A DNA stretch of 64,000 nt. Source: an uncultured virus (IMG/VR IMGVR_UViG_3300037087_000757). Taxonomy: Duplodnaviria; Heunggongvirae; Uroviricota; Caudoviricetes. Below, one piece after another: positions 50,091 to 60,408 of this stretch (position 1 is the stretch's first letter; each line of letters begins with the position of its first letter). The stretch lies in the IMG/VR virus record IMGVR_UViG_3300037087_000757; one strand, given 5' to 3'. Below the pieces are notes generated by a model. The model worked only from the letters and a program-made list of their open reading frames with translations. It was not told the DNA's origin and did no database searches. A program made the translations under genes and the position numbers.

Positions 50091-52265
50091 ATGAAAATAG
50101 CTTTAATTAATTTAGGAGCCATTGAGATACCACCCAAATCATGGGGGGCTATTGAAAAAATAATGTGGAATTATAAACTTCAATTAGAAAAACTTGGACA
50201 TACTGTTGATATTGTTTTTCCTTGGGAAATCATGGAAAACGGTAAACAAAAATATGATATAGTTCACTTTCACGCCGCTAATCAAGCTATCGAATCCTAT
50301 TGTGATTTTATGACTCCATATGTATTTTCTTTACACGATCATCATGTAGTCAGATACGGTAAACAATCACCCACCTTTTCAAGTAATCTATTAGCAATGA
50401 AAAGTTCAGTTGCCTCGATTACCCATGCTGAATTCTTGATTGATTACTTTGATACTTGTGATAAATTATATTACCTATCTCATGGAGCTGATACTGAATT
50501 ATATAAAGATAATGGAAACCAAAGAATTGAACATAAACTTATTTGTGTTGCAAATAATGGATATGCTAATGAACCAAGTTATGACAGAAAAGGATTTCGT
50601 TATTCAATAGAAGCCGCTCGTAAATTAAATCTACCTATCACTATCGTTGGTCCGAAGGCTAATCGTGAAAACTTTTTTAAGGCAAATCCAGATTTATTGG
50701 AGTATTCAAAATTAAACATTATTCATGACCCATCAGAAACAGAATTAATTGAAATCATGAATAATCACACGATATTTTTACATCCATCTGAATTAGAAGC
50801 TGGACACCCAAATTTAACTATTTGTGAATCGTTGGCTTGTGGACTTCCAGTTGTAGGAACATATAATGGTAAAGAACCACTTAATGGTTTAATTAAGTGT
50901 AATAGAAGTACAATAGATGTAGTGGATAAAATAAAAACAGTCATTAACGATTATGATAATTATAGAAGAATGGCTCGTGAAACAGCTTTAAAATATGATT
51001 GGAGTATAATAGTAAAACAGTTGGTGGATTTTTATACTTACGCTATTTCAGTTCGTGATAATTTCTCCAGAGAAGATATGAGAAAGCATGTCGTTAACGC
51101 TTATGAATCTGGTATAATTAAATATAAAGAACCGGTTGAACCGAAACCTCGTTATAATGTACATATGAATGGATATGGTGAAACACAAATGGGAATATTT
51201 TTTGAAATGTTATGTGAAACACCTAAAAAAATAAATGTTGATTTTATTGATAAAGATACCAAATCAATTGCTTATCATACGGTTTTAACATCAAATATGT
51301 ATTCGTTTCCAAGTACGAGATATCACAAAAATTGGTTGATTAAAGTGACGGGGGATGATAATCAGACTTTTGATATGGATTTAAAAGGTAAGAATGTTTC
51401 TATTCAATTCGATAGTGGATCACTTGGAGATTCATTAGCATGGATACCATATGTCGAAGAATTTAGAAAAATACATGATTGTAGAATTTTCTGTTCTACC
51501 CATCAAAATACTTTATATGAAAAAGAATACCCAGATATTACATTCATAAAACCGGGAGATCCCATCCATGATATTTTTGCAACATATAAAATAGGGTGGT
51601 TTTCTGGTGGTGAAAAGAAAACACCTTGGGGTGGAGATAGAGATGTTCAACCCAATGATTATCGTCTTATTCCACTTCAACAAACAGCTACAGATATTCT
51701 CGGACTTAAATATCGTGAAATAAGACCAAGAGTTACTATTCCTGATATGAAAAGACCAATTGGAGATAAGTATGTTGTAATCGCCGAACACTCGACAGCC
51801 AATGCAAAATATTGGCAATATAAAAATGGATGGCAAACGATTGTGAATTATTTAAATAATCATGGATTAAAAGTAATGGTTATAAGTAAACAGGGAACTA
51901 TTCTTAAAAATGTTATAAATGAAACTGGTGACCAATCCTTAGAAAAAAGAATAAATCAAATAAATCATAGTGAGTTTATGTTAGGTGTCGGATCTGGATT
52001 AAGTTGGTTATCTTGGGCTGTTGGTAAAAAAGTTATTATGATTTCCGGATTTAGTAAACCATTTTGTGAATTTCAAGAAAATTGTATCAGGGTACATAAT
52101 AATGATGTGTGTAATGGGTGTTTTAATGATATAAGATATACTTTTGACAGGGGAGATTGGAATTGGTGTCCAGCAAATAAAAACACTCCCAAAATGTTTG
52201 AATGCACAAAACTTATCACTCCACAGATGGTTATTGATGCTATAGAAAAGAATAAGCTCTTATGA
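50091..52265 (+). CDS. GT4-like glycosyltransferase fused to an Aah/TibC-like (autotransporter O-heptosyltransferase) domain
   Basis: IPPKSWGAIE, RKG, HPSELEAGHPNLT..ESLACGLPV; then DSGSLGDSLAWIPYVEEF..H.C, PLQQTATDILGL, GVGSGLSWLSWA, ISGFS.P..EF, CNGCFN, WCP, FECTKLIT. Confidence 0.85.
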   Translation: MKIALINLGAIEIPPKSWGAIEKIMWNYKLQLEKLGHTVDIVFPWEIMENGKQKYDIVHFHAANQAIESYCDFMTPYVFSLHDHHVVRYGKQSPTFSSNLLAMKSSVASITHAEFLIDYFDTCDKLYYLSHGADTELYKDNGNQRIEHKLICVANNGYANEPSYDRKGFRYSIEAARKLNLPITIVGPKANRENFFKANPDLLEYSKLNIIHDPSETELIEIMNNHTIFLHPSELEAGHPNLTICESLACGLPVVGTYNGKEPLNGLIKCNRSTIDVVDKIKTVINDYDNYRRMARETALKYDWSIIVKQLVDFYTYAISVRDNFSREDMRKHVVNAYESGIIKYKEPVEPKPRYNVHMNGYGETQMGIFFEMLCETPKKINVDFIDKDTKSIAYHTVLTSNMYSFPSTRYHKNWLIKVTGDDNQTFDMDLKGKNVSIQFDSGSLGDSLAWIPYVEEFRKIHDCRIFCSTHQNTLYEKEYPDITFIKPGDPIHDIFATYKIGWFSGGEKKTPWGGDRDVQPNDYRLIPLQQTATDILGLKYREIRPRVTIPDMKRPIGDKYVVIAEHSTANAKYWQYKNGWQTIVNYLNNHGLKVMVISKQGTILKNVINETGDQSLEKRINQINHSEFMLGVGSGLSWLSWAVGKKVIMISGFSKPFCEFQENCIRVHNNDVCNGCFNDIRYTFDRGDWNWCPANKNTPKMFECTKLITPQMVIDAIEKNKLL

Positions 52266-53005
52266 CAGAAAGAACAAAAGAAACAAAGGATATTTTACAA
52301 AAAAAAATTGAAGAAATACCACCAAATTCATATTGGCATAGAAAAAAAGAAGATAAATATTTTTACAGTTGGATTCGTGGTTATACATTTCGTAATTATC
52401 CTAATCAAGTAGATATTGAGATAGAAAGTGTAAATATAGAATATGATAAAAGTCATTGGTCATTGATAAATTATCATCAATTTGATTTTGTAGAAAGAGT
52501 CGGTGGGAATAGTTGGAGAGATGTTAGAGATGAATATGTCGAAATTGATAAGGAAACATTCGATAAAATTGAACTCAAAATTAAAGAAGGTAAGGAAATT
52601 TTTCACAACGAAAAACAAAGATTAGTTGAAATTTTTCAATTAAAAACACCTATTTCAGTTAATGATTTATCACTCGATCAAAAATTTTTAATTATTGAAA
52701 ATAAAAATCAAGATCTGTATATAGGAGATAAAAGAAAAGAATTATTTGGTTTATGTGATAATGATATAAATAAATATGGATATAATGTGGATTATCACTC
52801 TTGGGTTTGGGATATGTCGGAAATAGATTACGATTTTTTAGATAAAAAAGATTTTTTTTATCCTTTAACTATGGATGAATACGATGAAATAATTGAATCT
52901 TTTGAAAACATGATGTTCAATTACAATAAATTTATTGAATGTGATACAGAAGAAGAATTCTTAAATTATAAAAGAGAACATACTTTGGAAAAAATATTAA
53001 AATAA
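52262..53005 (+). CDS. Hypothetical protein, paralog of 53381-54295
   Basis: IPPNSYWH versus IPLNSYWH; C-terminal CD...EEE..N..R in both. Confidence 0.6.
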   Translation: MTERTKETKDILQKKIEEIPPNSYWHRKKEDKYFYSWIRGYTFRNYPNQVDIEIESVNIEYDKSHWSLINYHQFDFVERVGGNSWRDVRDEYVEIDKETFDKIELKIKEGKEIFHNEKQRLVEIFQLKTPISVNDLSLDQKFLIIENKNQDLYIGDKRKELFGLCDNDINKYGYNVDYHSWVWDMSEIDYDFLDKKDFFYPLTMDEYDEIIESFENMMFNYNKFIECDTEEEFLNYKREHTLEKILK

Positions 53006-53009
53006 TATA

Positions 53010-53384
53010 ATGAAAATTGATGATAAAATAATACTACCCAAAACAATTTTTCTCGATATTGATGGTTGCATTTTATTACATAATGGTGGAAATGTATCCG
53101 AATGTTTAGGTGTAGAACCAAAAATACTTCCCGGAGTTTCAGAAAAAATAGACTATTGGGAAAATTTAGGATATAAAATAATAATAACAACAAGTAGAAA
53201 AGAATCGTTAAGAAAATTCACAGAGGAACAATTATTACAAGTCGGTGTCGCTTATGATCAACTTGTAATGGGATTGAGTATGGGTGAAAGAATTTTGATA
53301 AATGATTTAAAGCCAAACGGAACACATACAGCAAGAGCAATAGAATTAGTAAGAAACGAAGGATTAACAAAAATAGATTTATGA
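53010..53384 (+). CDS. HAD-superfamily phosphatase (capsule-biosynthesis-phosphatase-like)
   Basis: IFLDIDG, ITTSR, YDQLVMG, LIND. Confidence 0.8.
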   Translation: MKIDDKIILPKTIFLDIDGCILLHNGGNVSECLGVEPKILPGVSEKIDYWENLGYKIIITTSRKESLRKFTEEQLLQVGVAYDQLVMGLSMGERILINDLKPNGTHTARAIELVRNEGLTKIDL

Positions 53385-54295
53385 ATATGACAAGTTCACC
53401 ACCACCAGACATTAGAACACCTAATGAAAAAGCAATAGAATTAATGAATTTAATTCCATTAAATTCTTATTGGCATCAAGTAAAAACAGTTAATAATGAA
53501 AAAAACAAGATCCTATCATATAGTGATTTAGGTAAAAGTAATGATCCAGAAATATATACAGAGCACGAATATTATAATGTATATTCTTATTCATCTGATC
53601 GAAGTGGATTTATTCATAATAGATGTGTAGAAATAAAGTATGGAAAGGATTCTTGGAGAATTTATCCAAATGGGAGTTTATATGATTTCAGTATTAAAAA
53701 TTGTAAAGAAATTACAAAAGATGAATTTGAAAGAATTGAAAATAATATGATCAAGGCCTTTTGTCGTATACAATCATTCGGGGGCAAATTAATTTTATTA
53801 GATCAAGATAATTCCGATTGGCCCATAAATGAGGAATGGGATAAACTTGTTGAAGAACATCCTAATACTGTTTTCATCCGTAAAAAATTAGTACCTTATT
53901 CTGAATTAAAGGTGGGTGATAAATATATTTATTTTGTTACGGATAATGCAACAAGAATGGGTGAAATTTTGGGTATTAAAGATGAAAAGAATTTTACCAT
54001 TATGGATAGACAAGTTACTATTGATCAAAAATCAGAAAAAATAATCAGTGAATCACCAGATGAAAGGGACTTATTTGTACTTATATCTGAACTGAAAGAA
54101 TCTCGTTTAGAACGAAGTAATTCAAATAAATTCTGGGTAATAACTGATGATGAATGGAAAAAGATTAATTTCATCTTTGATGAAATGAAAATAGAAATGA
54201 ATAAACATATGAATTGTGATTTGGAAAATGAAGAAGAATGTATTAATTTCCAAAGAAATTCCAGAATAGAAAATTCAGAAAAAATAATATCATAA
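53381..54295 (+). CDS. Hypothetical protein, paralog of 52262-53005
   Basis: Shared N- and C-terminal motifs. Confidence 0.6.
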   Translation: MNMTSSPPPDIRTPNEKAIELMNLIPLNSYWHQVKTVNNEKNKILSYSDLGKSNDPEIYTEHEYYNVYSYSSDRSGFIHNRCVEIKYGKDSWRIYPNGSLYDFSIKNCKEITKDEFERIENNMIKAFCRIQSFGGKLILLDQDNSDWPINEEWDKLVEEHPNTVFIRKKLVPYSELKVGDKYIYFVTDNATRMGEILGIKDEKNFTIMDRQVTIDQKSEKIISESPDERDLFVLISELKESRLERSNSNKFWVITDDEWKKINFIFDEMKIEMNKHMNCDLENEEECINFQRNSRIENSEKIIS

Positions 54296-54298
54296 TAA

Positions 54299-54685
54299 AT
54301 GAAAAAACAAAGTAAGAATGATAAAATCAGAAATGAAAGAAAAAAATATAGTGAAGAATTTTGGAAACCAGATACAGAAAATAGTAAATTTGATGAAAAC
54401 TTTCCAATTGATAGAACTTATGTAATTGAATATCCTGAACAACTCACAAAACAAGAAAAATGTAGAATCCGCTTTGTTAAACACCCAGATTGTGGTGAAG
54501 ATGAAATTAGGATTTACCGTATCAGTATAATAGTATCCTTACCAGTAGGACGTTGGATTGGTGGTGGATATAGTAGTAAAGATGAAGAAAGAAAAGAATT
54601 TAGAGCAGCTAAGGTAATTGAATCCTCGGAAAAAATAATGAAAATAAAAGACGCTGAGGATAAATATGGAATTAAACTTCAATAA
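54299..54685 (+). CDS. Hypothetical protein
   Basis: ORF in co-directional run. Confidence 0.5.
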   Translation: MKKQSKNDKIRNERKKYSEEFWKPDTENSKFDENFPIDRTYVIEYPEQLTKQEKCRIRFVKHPDCGEDEIRIYRISIIVSLPVGRWIGGGYSSKDEERKEFRAAKVIESSEKIMKIKDAEDKYGIKLQ

Positions 54686-54998
54686 GTGTCCATCCTTTTT
54701 TGGTATGAAATTCCACACAAGTTTCACATAATTCCCATTCACCCCATTCTTCCCCATCCTTAATACACTTAAATGTTTTAACAACTCCTTTATGTTTTGG
54801 GATGAAATCAGGTGGATTATCACCTAAATAAGAATCATTAAAACATTTTATATTTTCGTTCTTATTCATTTTTTCTTCATTTAATATTTTTTCTAATGTC
54901 TCTTGTCTTTTTTTATTCACAGTTTCTTCCCATGAAACTTTCATGAGTTCATTCATTGATTCCTCTAATTCGAATAAACATGAAGCTGGACTAAACAT
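54672..54998 (-). CDS. Hypothetical protein
   Basis: 108-aa ORF with RQETLEKIL motif and CETC. Confidence 0.5.
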   Translation of the reverse strand: MFSPASCLFELEESMNELMKVSWEETVNKKRQETLEKILNEEKMNKNENIKCFNDSYLGDNPPDFIPKHKGVVKTFKCIKDGEEWGEWELCETCVEFHTKKGWTLIEV

Positions 54999-55175
54999 TT
55001 AACAAGTTATTAAGGGAACTGTGAATACAATTGTTTCACCACAACTCGGACATGAATATTCATAAGTTCCGGGATCTAAAACAATATGACTTGGTGGTTT
55101 ATGTTCTGGGTCAAGACAAGGAGTTTTAGCGTCTTTAATTTTTCTCAAGACACCCTTTTTAGTAAAATTTTTCAT
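54999..55175 (-). CDS. 58-aa zinc-ribbon protein
   Basis: Manual translation: CLDPEHKPPSHIVLDPGTYEYSCPSCG. Confidence 0.6.
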   Translation of the reverse strand: MKNFTKKGVLRKIKDAKTPCLDPEHKPPSHIVLDPGTYEYSCPSCGETIVFTVPLITC

Positions 55176-55263
55176 AATATTAATTTTTTATTGAATTGAA
55201 TATAATACTTTTTTAGGAAATAAAAAAATAAAACAAGAAAAAAATAACTGAATATATACAATC

Positions 55264-55890
55264 ATGATACACATTGTTGGAGATAGTCATACTCAGATTT
55301 TTAATGATTTACCCTCATTCACTATATATTGGTTGCCAACTATTACAGCCTCTCATGTGAGTCATAGATTGACTGAAATTTATTCAGTGGTCGAACATAT
55401 TCCAAAAGATGAATTAGTGATGTTTAGCATGGGTGAAATTGATTGTAGAGTATTCCTTGAAACAAAAGTCGAATATTATAAATCATTAACTGATTCAAAA
55501 AATACAATTGAAATTATTGAGTCTGTTGTGAATAGATATTTCAATGTCATTAAAAATAACTTTTCGGAAACTCATAGAATTGGTTTCTGGGGACCGGTAG
55601 CGTCATATACTCATAAAGTTAGTTCGAGTAAAGAGCTCGGATATCATCCAGATATGAGTTTCTTTATGCCGGGAACATATTCATGTAGTGAAAGAAATGA
55701 ACTTACTAAAATATTTAATGATAGATTGAAAGTATTATGTGATGAAAATGGATTCGTTTTTATGACTATGTTTTATGATATGATAGATGAAAACATGAAC
55801 ACGAAAGAAAATATGACAGATGGGATTCATCTTCCCGGTAGCTTACAACCTTTCATAATAGAAAAATTCAAAGAAAAAGGTTTATTATGA
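55264..55890 (+). CDS. SGNH/GDSL hydrolase-like protein
   Basis: VGDSH, GEIDCR, DGIHL. Confidence 0.75.
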   Translation: MIHIVGDSHTQIFNDLPSFTIYWLPTITASHVSHRLTEIYSVVEHIPKDELVMFSMGEIDCRVFLETKVEYYKSLTDSKNTIEIIESVVNRYFNVIKNNFSETHRIGFWGPVASYTHKVSSSKELGYHPDMSFFMPGTYSCSERNELTKIFNDRLKVLCDENGFVFMTMFYDMIDENMNTKENMTDGIHLPGSLQPFIIEKFKEKGLL

Positions 55891-56606
55891 TTTACTTCGA
55901 TGATTGGAAAAAAGTCTTACCGACTATTCCAAATGGATCAATAGATATGATTCTGACAGATTTACCATTTAATATAACCGATTGTACTTGGGATGGTAAA
56001 GTAGATCTGGACTTACTTTGGACATATTATAAAAAAATAATTAAACCGAATGGTGTAATTGCTTTGCATTCAGTTCAACCATTTACAACAGATTTGATTA
56101 ATTCCAATAGAAAATGGTTTAAATATAATTACATCTGGATTAAGACACAAGCTGCTAATTTTCAATTGGCAAAGAAAATGCCATTAAAGAAACATGAGGA
56201 TATTTGTATTTTTTATGGTAAAACTCCATTATATCAACCACAAATGACGAGAGGTGTCGAGAAGATGAAAAGGATAGGTCCGAAGAAATATCAGGATAGG
56301 AAGTCTAAAATGTACCTTGCATCGAAACCTGCAAACTTAGAAGCTGTCAAAAGTGATTTATATTATCCGACAACCATACTTCAGTTTCCATCAGTGTCAA
56401 GAAATAAAAGTTTACACCGAACACAAAAACCAGTTGGATTAGAAGAATTCTTGATTAAGACTTATACGAAAGAGGGTGAAACAGTTTTAGATAATTGTGC
56501 TGGAAGTGGAACAACTGGTGTTGCTTGTAAGAATACTAATCGAAATTATATTCTAATTGAAAATGATCCTGAGTGTTACGATATTATTTGTGAAAGATTG
56601 AAATAA
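55887..56606 (+). CDS. Beta-class N4/N6 DNA methyltransferase
   Basis: IDMILTDLPF, QPFTT, HRTQKPV, VLDNCAGSGTT; DLPF is an atypical catalytic motif. Confidence 0.9.
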   Translation: MIYFDDWKKVLPTIPNGSIDMILTDLPFNITDCTWDGKVDLDLLWTYYKKIIKPNGVIALHSVQPFTTDLINSNRKWFKYNYIWIKTQAANFQLAKKMPLKKHEDICIFYGKTPLYQPQMTRGVEKMKRIGPKKYQDRKSKMYLASKPANLEAVKSDLYYPTTILQFPSVSRNKSLHRTQKPVGLEEFLIKTYTKEGETVLDNCAGSGTTGVACKNTNRNYILIENDPECYDIICERLK

Positions 56607-56609
56607 AAA

Positions 56610-56864
56610 CTACATATATTTACTCGCTTTATTTATCAACCACAGGCCGGGTAAAATCGTACATATGAATATACCCAATACTATTATTGATATAATACCG
56701 GGTAATAGAAAATTCATAATTATTAATCCAGTAATCAATGGGATCATATACATTACGAAAATTCCCAATAAACCATAAATCCAAAATTTACTCATTTTTT
56801 GAGCTCTTTGAACTTTTTCTCTGTCTTTTTGAATCTTATCCAAAACCAGATTAAAGCACCCCAT
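56610..56864 (-). CDS. Small membrane protein
   Basis: Two hydrophobic helices. Confidence 0.5.
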   Translation of the reverse strand: MGCFNLVLDKIQKDREKVQRAQKMSKFWIYGLLGIFVMYMIPLITGLIIMNFLLPGIISIIVLGIFICTILPGLWLINKASKYM

Positions 56865-56962
56865 TGAACAACTTGTATCCCTAAAAAAATGTATAGAATT
56901 ACCATCATATCCATATTTATTTAAAAGTTCAATATAAGTAAAATATCTGAGATAAAAAAATT

Positions 56963-57352
56963 TTAATCATCCTCTCTATCCCAATCATAAAGTGGACAGG
57001 ATCTTCCAGTTTTTTCTGGTTCACCATCTCTTAATTGGGGACACATCGGATGATTACATTCTCCGTCTGATCCAGATTGACAAGTTGTTAGTTCTTTACC
57101 CATTTCTCTTTCTTGCCAAGTTAATTTCTTTTCTCTATTAAAATATCTAATTTCAGTATAAGTTCTGGAATATGAACCATCATCATAACGATCTTGTTCC
57201 TCTACGATTTCAACTTCCCCCTCTACATCTTTTTCGATAAGAGTTTCATCGTTTACTGGAAATCCATTCACAGCCGTATCTTTTAAGACATATTCGTTTC
57301 CCTCACTATCTATAGCTATTAAATAAGTTCGTTCAATTATATCACACTTCAT
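56963..57352 (-). CDS. Hypothetical protein with Cys/His cluster
   Basis: CQSGSDGECNHPMCPQLRDGEP...CPL. Confidence 0.6.
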   Translation of the reverse strand: MKCDIIERTYLIAIDSEGNEYVLKDTAVNGFPVNDETLIEKDVEGEVEIVEEQDRYDDGSYSRTYTEIRYFNREKKLTWQEREMGKELTTCQSGSDGECNHPMCPQLRDGEPEKTGRSCPLYDWDREDD

Positions 57353-57365
57353 AAATTATAATATT

Positions 57366-57818
57366 TTACTTATGTAATACTAATAACCCATAATGTGCAC
57401 TGGTATAATCATCTTTAAATTTATAACATTTTACAATAAATTTATACCAACCTGTCGATGTGGGTGTAAAGTCAATAAAAGCAATTGGATCAGTTTTGGT
57501 ATCCTTTTCTACAAAAACATAAGTACCATCACTTTGTTGTTTCCAAATTTCAATATCCATATCTTCTGTTCTCCAATCTCCGAACACACCTACTCTATAA
57601 GTATAAGCGTCTGTAAGAATACGATAAGATTCCTTTGGAACATCTTTCTTAACAATATCAAATTCAATCCTTACGATTTCAAGTCCATTGCCTTCAGCAG
57701 TATTCACTACTGTATACATGGATTCCATCACAGGTTTCATAGAACGACCATCGTCCGTCTGAGCGAATGTGAAACAAGTTACGAATAAGAACGCAACTAT
57801 CATTAAAATTTTCTTCAT
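57366..57818 (-). CDS. Secreted beta-sandwich protein
   Basis: ATG 57818 gives signal peptide MKKILMIVAFLFVTCFTFA/Q, with +1 Gln as is common in Bacteroidota. Confidence 0.6.
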   Translation of the reverse strand: MKKILMIVAFLFVTCFTFAQTDDGRSMKPVMESMYTVVNTAEGNGLEIVRIEFDIVKKDVPKESYRILTDAYTYRVGVFGDWRTEDMDIEIWKQQSDGTYVFVEKDTKTDPIAFIDFTPTSTGWYKFIVKCYKFKDDYTSAHYGLLVLHK

Positions 57819-57843
57819 AATTTTTCTAATTAAGTTTTTTAAT

Positions 57844-59016
57844 TTATATACTGATATTTGTATTTTGTTTGAATTTATATCCACTATTTATTTTATTCGA
57901 AATAGATTTCATTTTAGTTTTTGGATTATAGGATCTAATACCAAACATACTAATCAACTCAAATCTACTATTGAATATCAGATAACTTTTCTTTCTTAAA
58001 AATAAACAAATATAAGTATCATTTTCTGGTAATTTTTCCGGTTCATTTAGTATACTTTTTAATTTGACATTTCTATCTTCATTTATTATTTGACTGATTG
58101 TATCCTCAGGTAATTTTGCATTTATAATATTTTCAAATAATGTACCACTAATATTTTTCATCATCCAATCTCTTTCATAAGGTAGTTCTGTAAAATTGAA
58201 AACTTCTTTTACTTTCTCAATGTTGAAATCCCCATCCTGTTTAAACCAAATGGAATCAGTATCTATATAACAGATGTTGCTTTCAAAGTTATCAATTATA
58301 ATATCCCAAAAATTTCGAATGAATTCAGTTACTAAACCTATATCATTACATTCGTATCTAAAAGATTTATCCGCAGTATCTGATCTTGTACTTGCTAATA
58401 TTCCATAAAAACGGTTCATTGTCATTTTCAACCATTTTAACAAATAAATCTCCAACTTTTCGGATGCTTCCTCTTCTTTTTTTCTTTTGATTATATCAAT
58501 GATAGATGAATCTAATCCATCTACTTCTGGTATTTCATCTCTCACACCCATCAGATAATAATACATATGTAATGTTCCACATCCTCTATAATCTTCGATG
58601 AATTTTTTTATATCGTCTTTTGTAATATCAACCAAATTACAAAACAAATCACCTATTTTATCATTATTAAAAGTAAGTTCTCCTTTTATATAAAGTTTAC
58701 AAATAGTATGGGGATAACACCTAATAAAAGATAAACTAACTACATTATTTACTATTTTTCCTTCTACTTCTGGATTCAACCAACATTTTCCACCTTGAAA
58801 TTTTCCTGTCTGACTTATTTCAAAGTTTTCTATATTCTTATTTTCTGGATAGAGTTCGTGTAATGTTTTGTTAATTAATTCATACCAATCTTTGGTGGTA
58901 TAATCATCAAATACCTTATCGACATTCCTTGTATCAGGTAACATTCTTAATTTATCTGTGAATTGAATGAGGGTATTTAATAGGATGGGATTACAAAAAT
59001 AGCTTTGTATATTCAT
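57844..59016 (-). CDS. Degenerate family B DNA polymerase-like protein (palm/fingers only)
   Basis: FQGG, CYPHTI (motif A-like), KMTMNRFYG (motif B), YIDTDS (motif C), KKSY. Confidence 0.65.
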   Translation of the reverse strand: MNIQSYFCNPILLNTLIQFTDKLRMLPDTRNVDKVFDDYTTKDWYELINKTLHELYPENKNIENFEISQTGKFQGGKCWLNPEVEGKIVNNVVSLSFIRCYPHTICKLYIKGELTFNNDKIGDLFCNLVDITKDDIKKFIEDYRGCGTLHMYYYLMGVRDEIPEVDGLDSSIIDIIKRKKEEEASEKLEIYLLKWLKMTMNRFYGILASTRSDTADKSFRYECNDIGLVTEFIRNFWDIIIDNFESNICYIDTDSIWFKQDGDFNIEKVKEVFNFTELPYERDWMMKNISGTLFENIINAKLPEDTISQIINEDRNVKLKSILNEPEKLPENDTYICLFLRKKSYLIFNSRFELISMFGIRSYNPKTKMKSISNKINSGYKFKQNTNISI

Positions 59017-59114
59017 ATGAAGTTATCATTATTTTTTAACTGAAGTTATCAGCCTTCTTGGTCAAAATTATCGACCTAATTGTGGTTTATATTATGAAGA
59101 AAAGTTTGATATTT

Positions 59115-59366
59115 TTAATACCCCTCAGGATAAACACCATTTCTTTCACACCAAAGTTCACGAAATTCATCCCAATAATGTTCTTCAATATCTTCATCGA
59201 TATAACCCAATTTCTTGTACTCACCTTGATGTTCTTTGGTTTTAGCGGCTACAAAATATTCGAATGAAGAACGGATTACTTTTTCCATTATAAAGTTAGT
59301 GACCTCGTATGTCAAATCCTGTTCGATTCGTTTTTTAATGTCTTTTCTTAATGTTTCTTTTTCCAT
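59115..59366 (-). CDS. Hypothetical protein
   Basis: ORF in co-directional run. Confidence 0.5.
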   Translation of the reverse strand: MEKETLRKDIKKRIEQDLTYEVTNFIMEKVIRSSFEYFVAAKTKEHQGEYKKLGYIDEDIEEHYWDEFRELWCERNGVYPEGY

Positions 59367-59367
59367 A

Positions 59368-59778
59368 TTATTTTATATTACATTTTTCGTTATATTCTCT
59401 ATTTCTCTTTATTGATTCAGCGTAGGCTATTTCATATAATTCATTCCACTCTTTTTCAGTTATTTCGAGATATTCTTCGAGAGTGATTTCTTTTTTCTTG
59501 AGTTTATAATTATACTTTCCATACATTTCAGCTAAAAGATAAGAAAACCACAAATCTTCAGCGTACGCCTCTCCGTAATGACATTTCTTGGGCTTTTCAT
59601 CGACCATACATTTGAACATACAACTTATCGGTGAACAACAACCTTCTTCACCACAAGAAGAACACAATGGACAATATGGATTCCATCTATTGTCTTTCCA
59701 CTCTTGAATTTTATTTTTTATCTTCTTAATTATATTCATGCTATTTATATCTTTTTTGTCAAAAAAAGTTTGAAACAA
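59368..59778 (-). CDS. Cys-rich hypothetical protein
   Basis: YCPLCSSCGEEGCCSPISC. Confidence 0.6.
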   Translation of the reverse strand: MFQTFFDKKDINSMNIIKKIKNKIQEWKDNRWNPYCPLCSSCGEEGCCSPISCMFKCMVDEKPKKCHYGEAYAEDLWFSYLLAEMYGKYNYKLKKKEITLEEYLEITEKEWNELYEIAYAESIKRNREYNEKCNIK

Positions 59779-59808
59779 GATTTCAGTTGAGAAAATAAAT
59801 ATATAACC

Positions 59809-60408
59809 TTGATGAAGTACTTAATGACATATGAAAGTATGACCAATTACAAAGTAGAGGTTTTAACTGGTAAAGAATTCAATGAATTGTATTTAAAATT
59901 ATATCCAAGACAAAAGGTGAATTTAAAAGATAAGATTCATTATTTTGATTGGAGTTTTGATAATGGATTCGGTGATAAAAAGCATAATGATTCAATAAGA
60001 CTTATTACAGCTTACAATGAGAAAGATATACTTGGGATTTGTTTCTTTGCTTGGTGGAGTTCAGGTGACCATTATTCGGTATCCTATTTATCAACAAATA
60101 AAGACTACTTTAATATGGGAATATCCAAGAGGTTATTAGATGTATTATTTAAGTATTTCTCAGAAACATATCCAGATGAAATAATGTATTGGTCTGGTTA
60201 TTCTATTGAAGGATGGAAATATCTTCATCCATCAATTGTTCAAATGTCCAAAAAATATAATGTAAAACTCAGAGAAAAGGCCATAGAATTTTTTAAAGGG
60301 TGGTCTGATGAAACTCGTGAATTGGTTGATAAAAGTAAAGAGGAAATAAAGAAATTATATCCCGAATGGTATAATATGGTATATGATTATGGGGTATTTG
60401 AAAAATAA
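59809..60408 (+). CDS. GNAT-like acetyltransferase with MKYLMTYE leader
   Basis: VSYLSTNKDYFNMGISKRLL resembles GNAT motif A. Confidence 0.6.
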   Translation: MMKYLMTYESMTNYKVEVLTGKEFNELYLKLYPRQKVNLKDKIHYFDWSFDNGFGDKKHNDSIRLITAYNEKDILGICFFAWWSSGDHYSVSYLSTNKDYFNMGISKRLLDVLFKYFSETYPDEIMYWSGYSIEGWKYLHPSIVQMSKKYNVKLREKAIEFFKGWSDETRELVDKSKEEIKKLYPEWYNMVYDYGVFEK

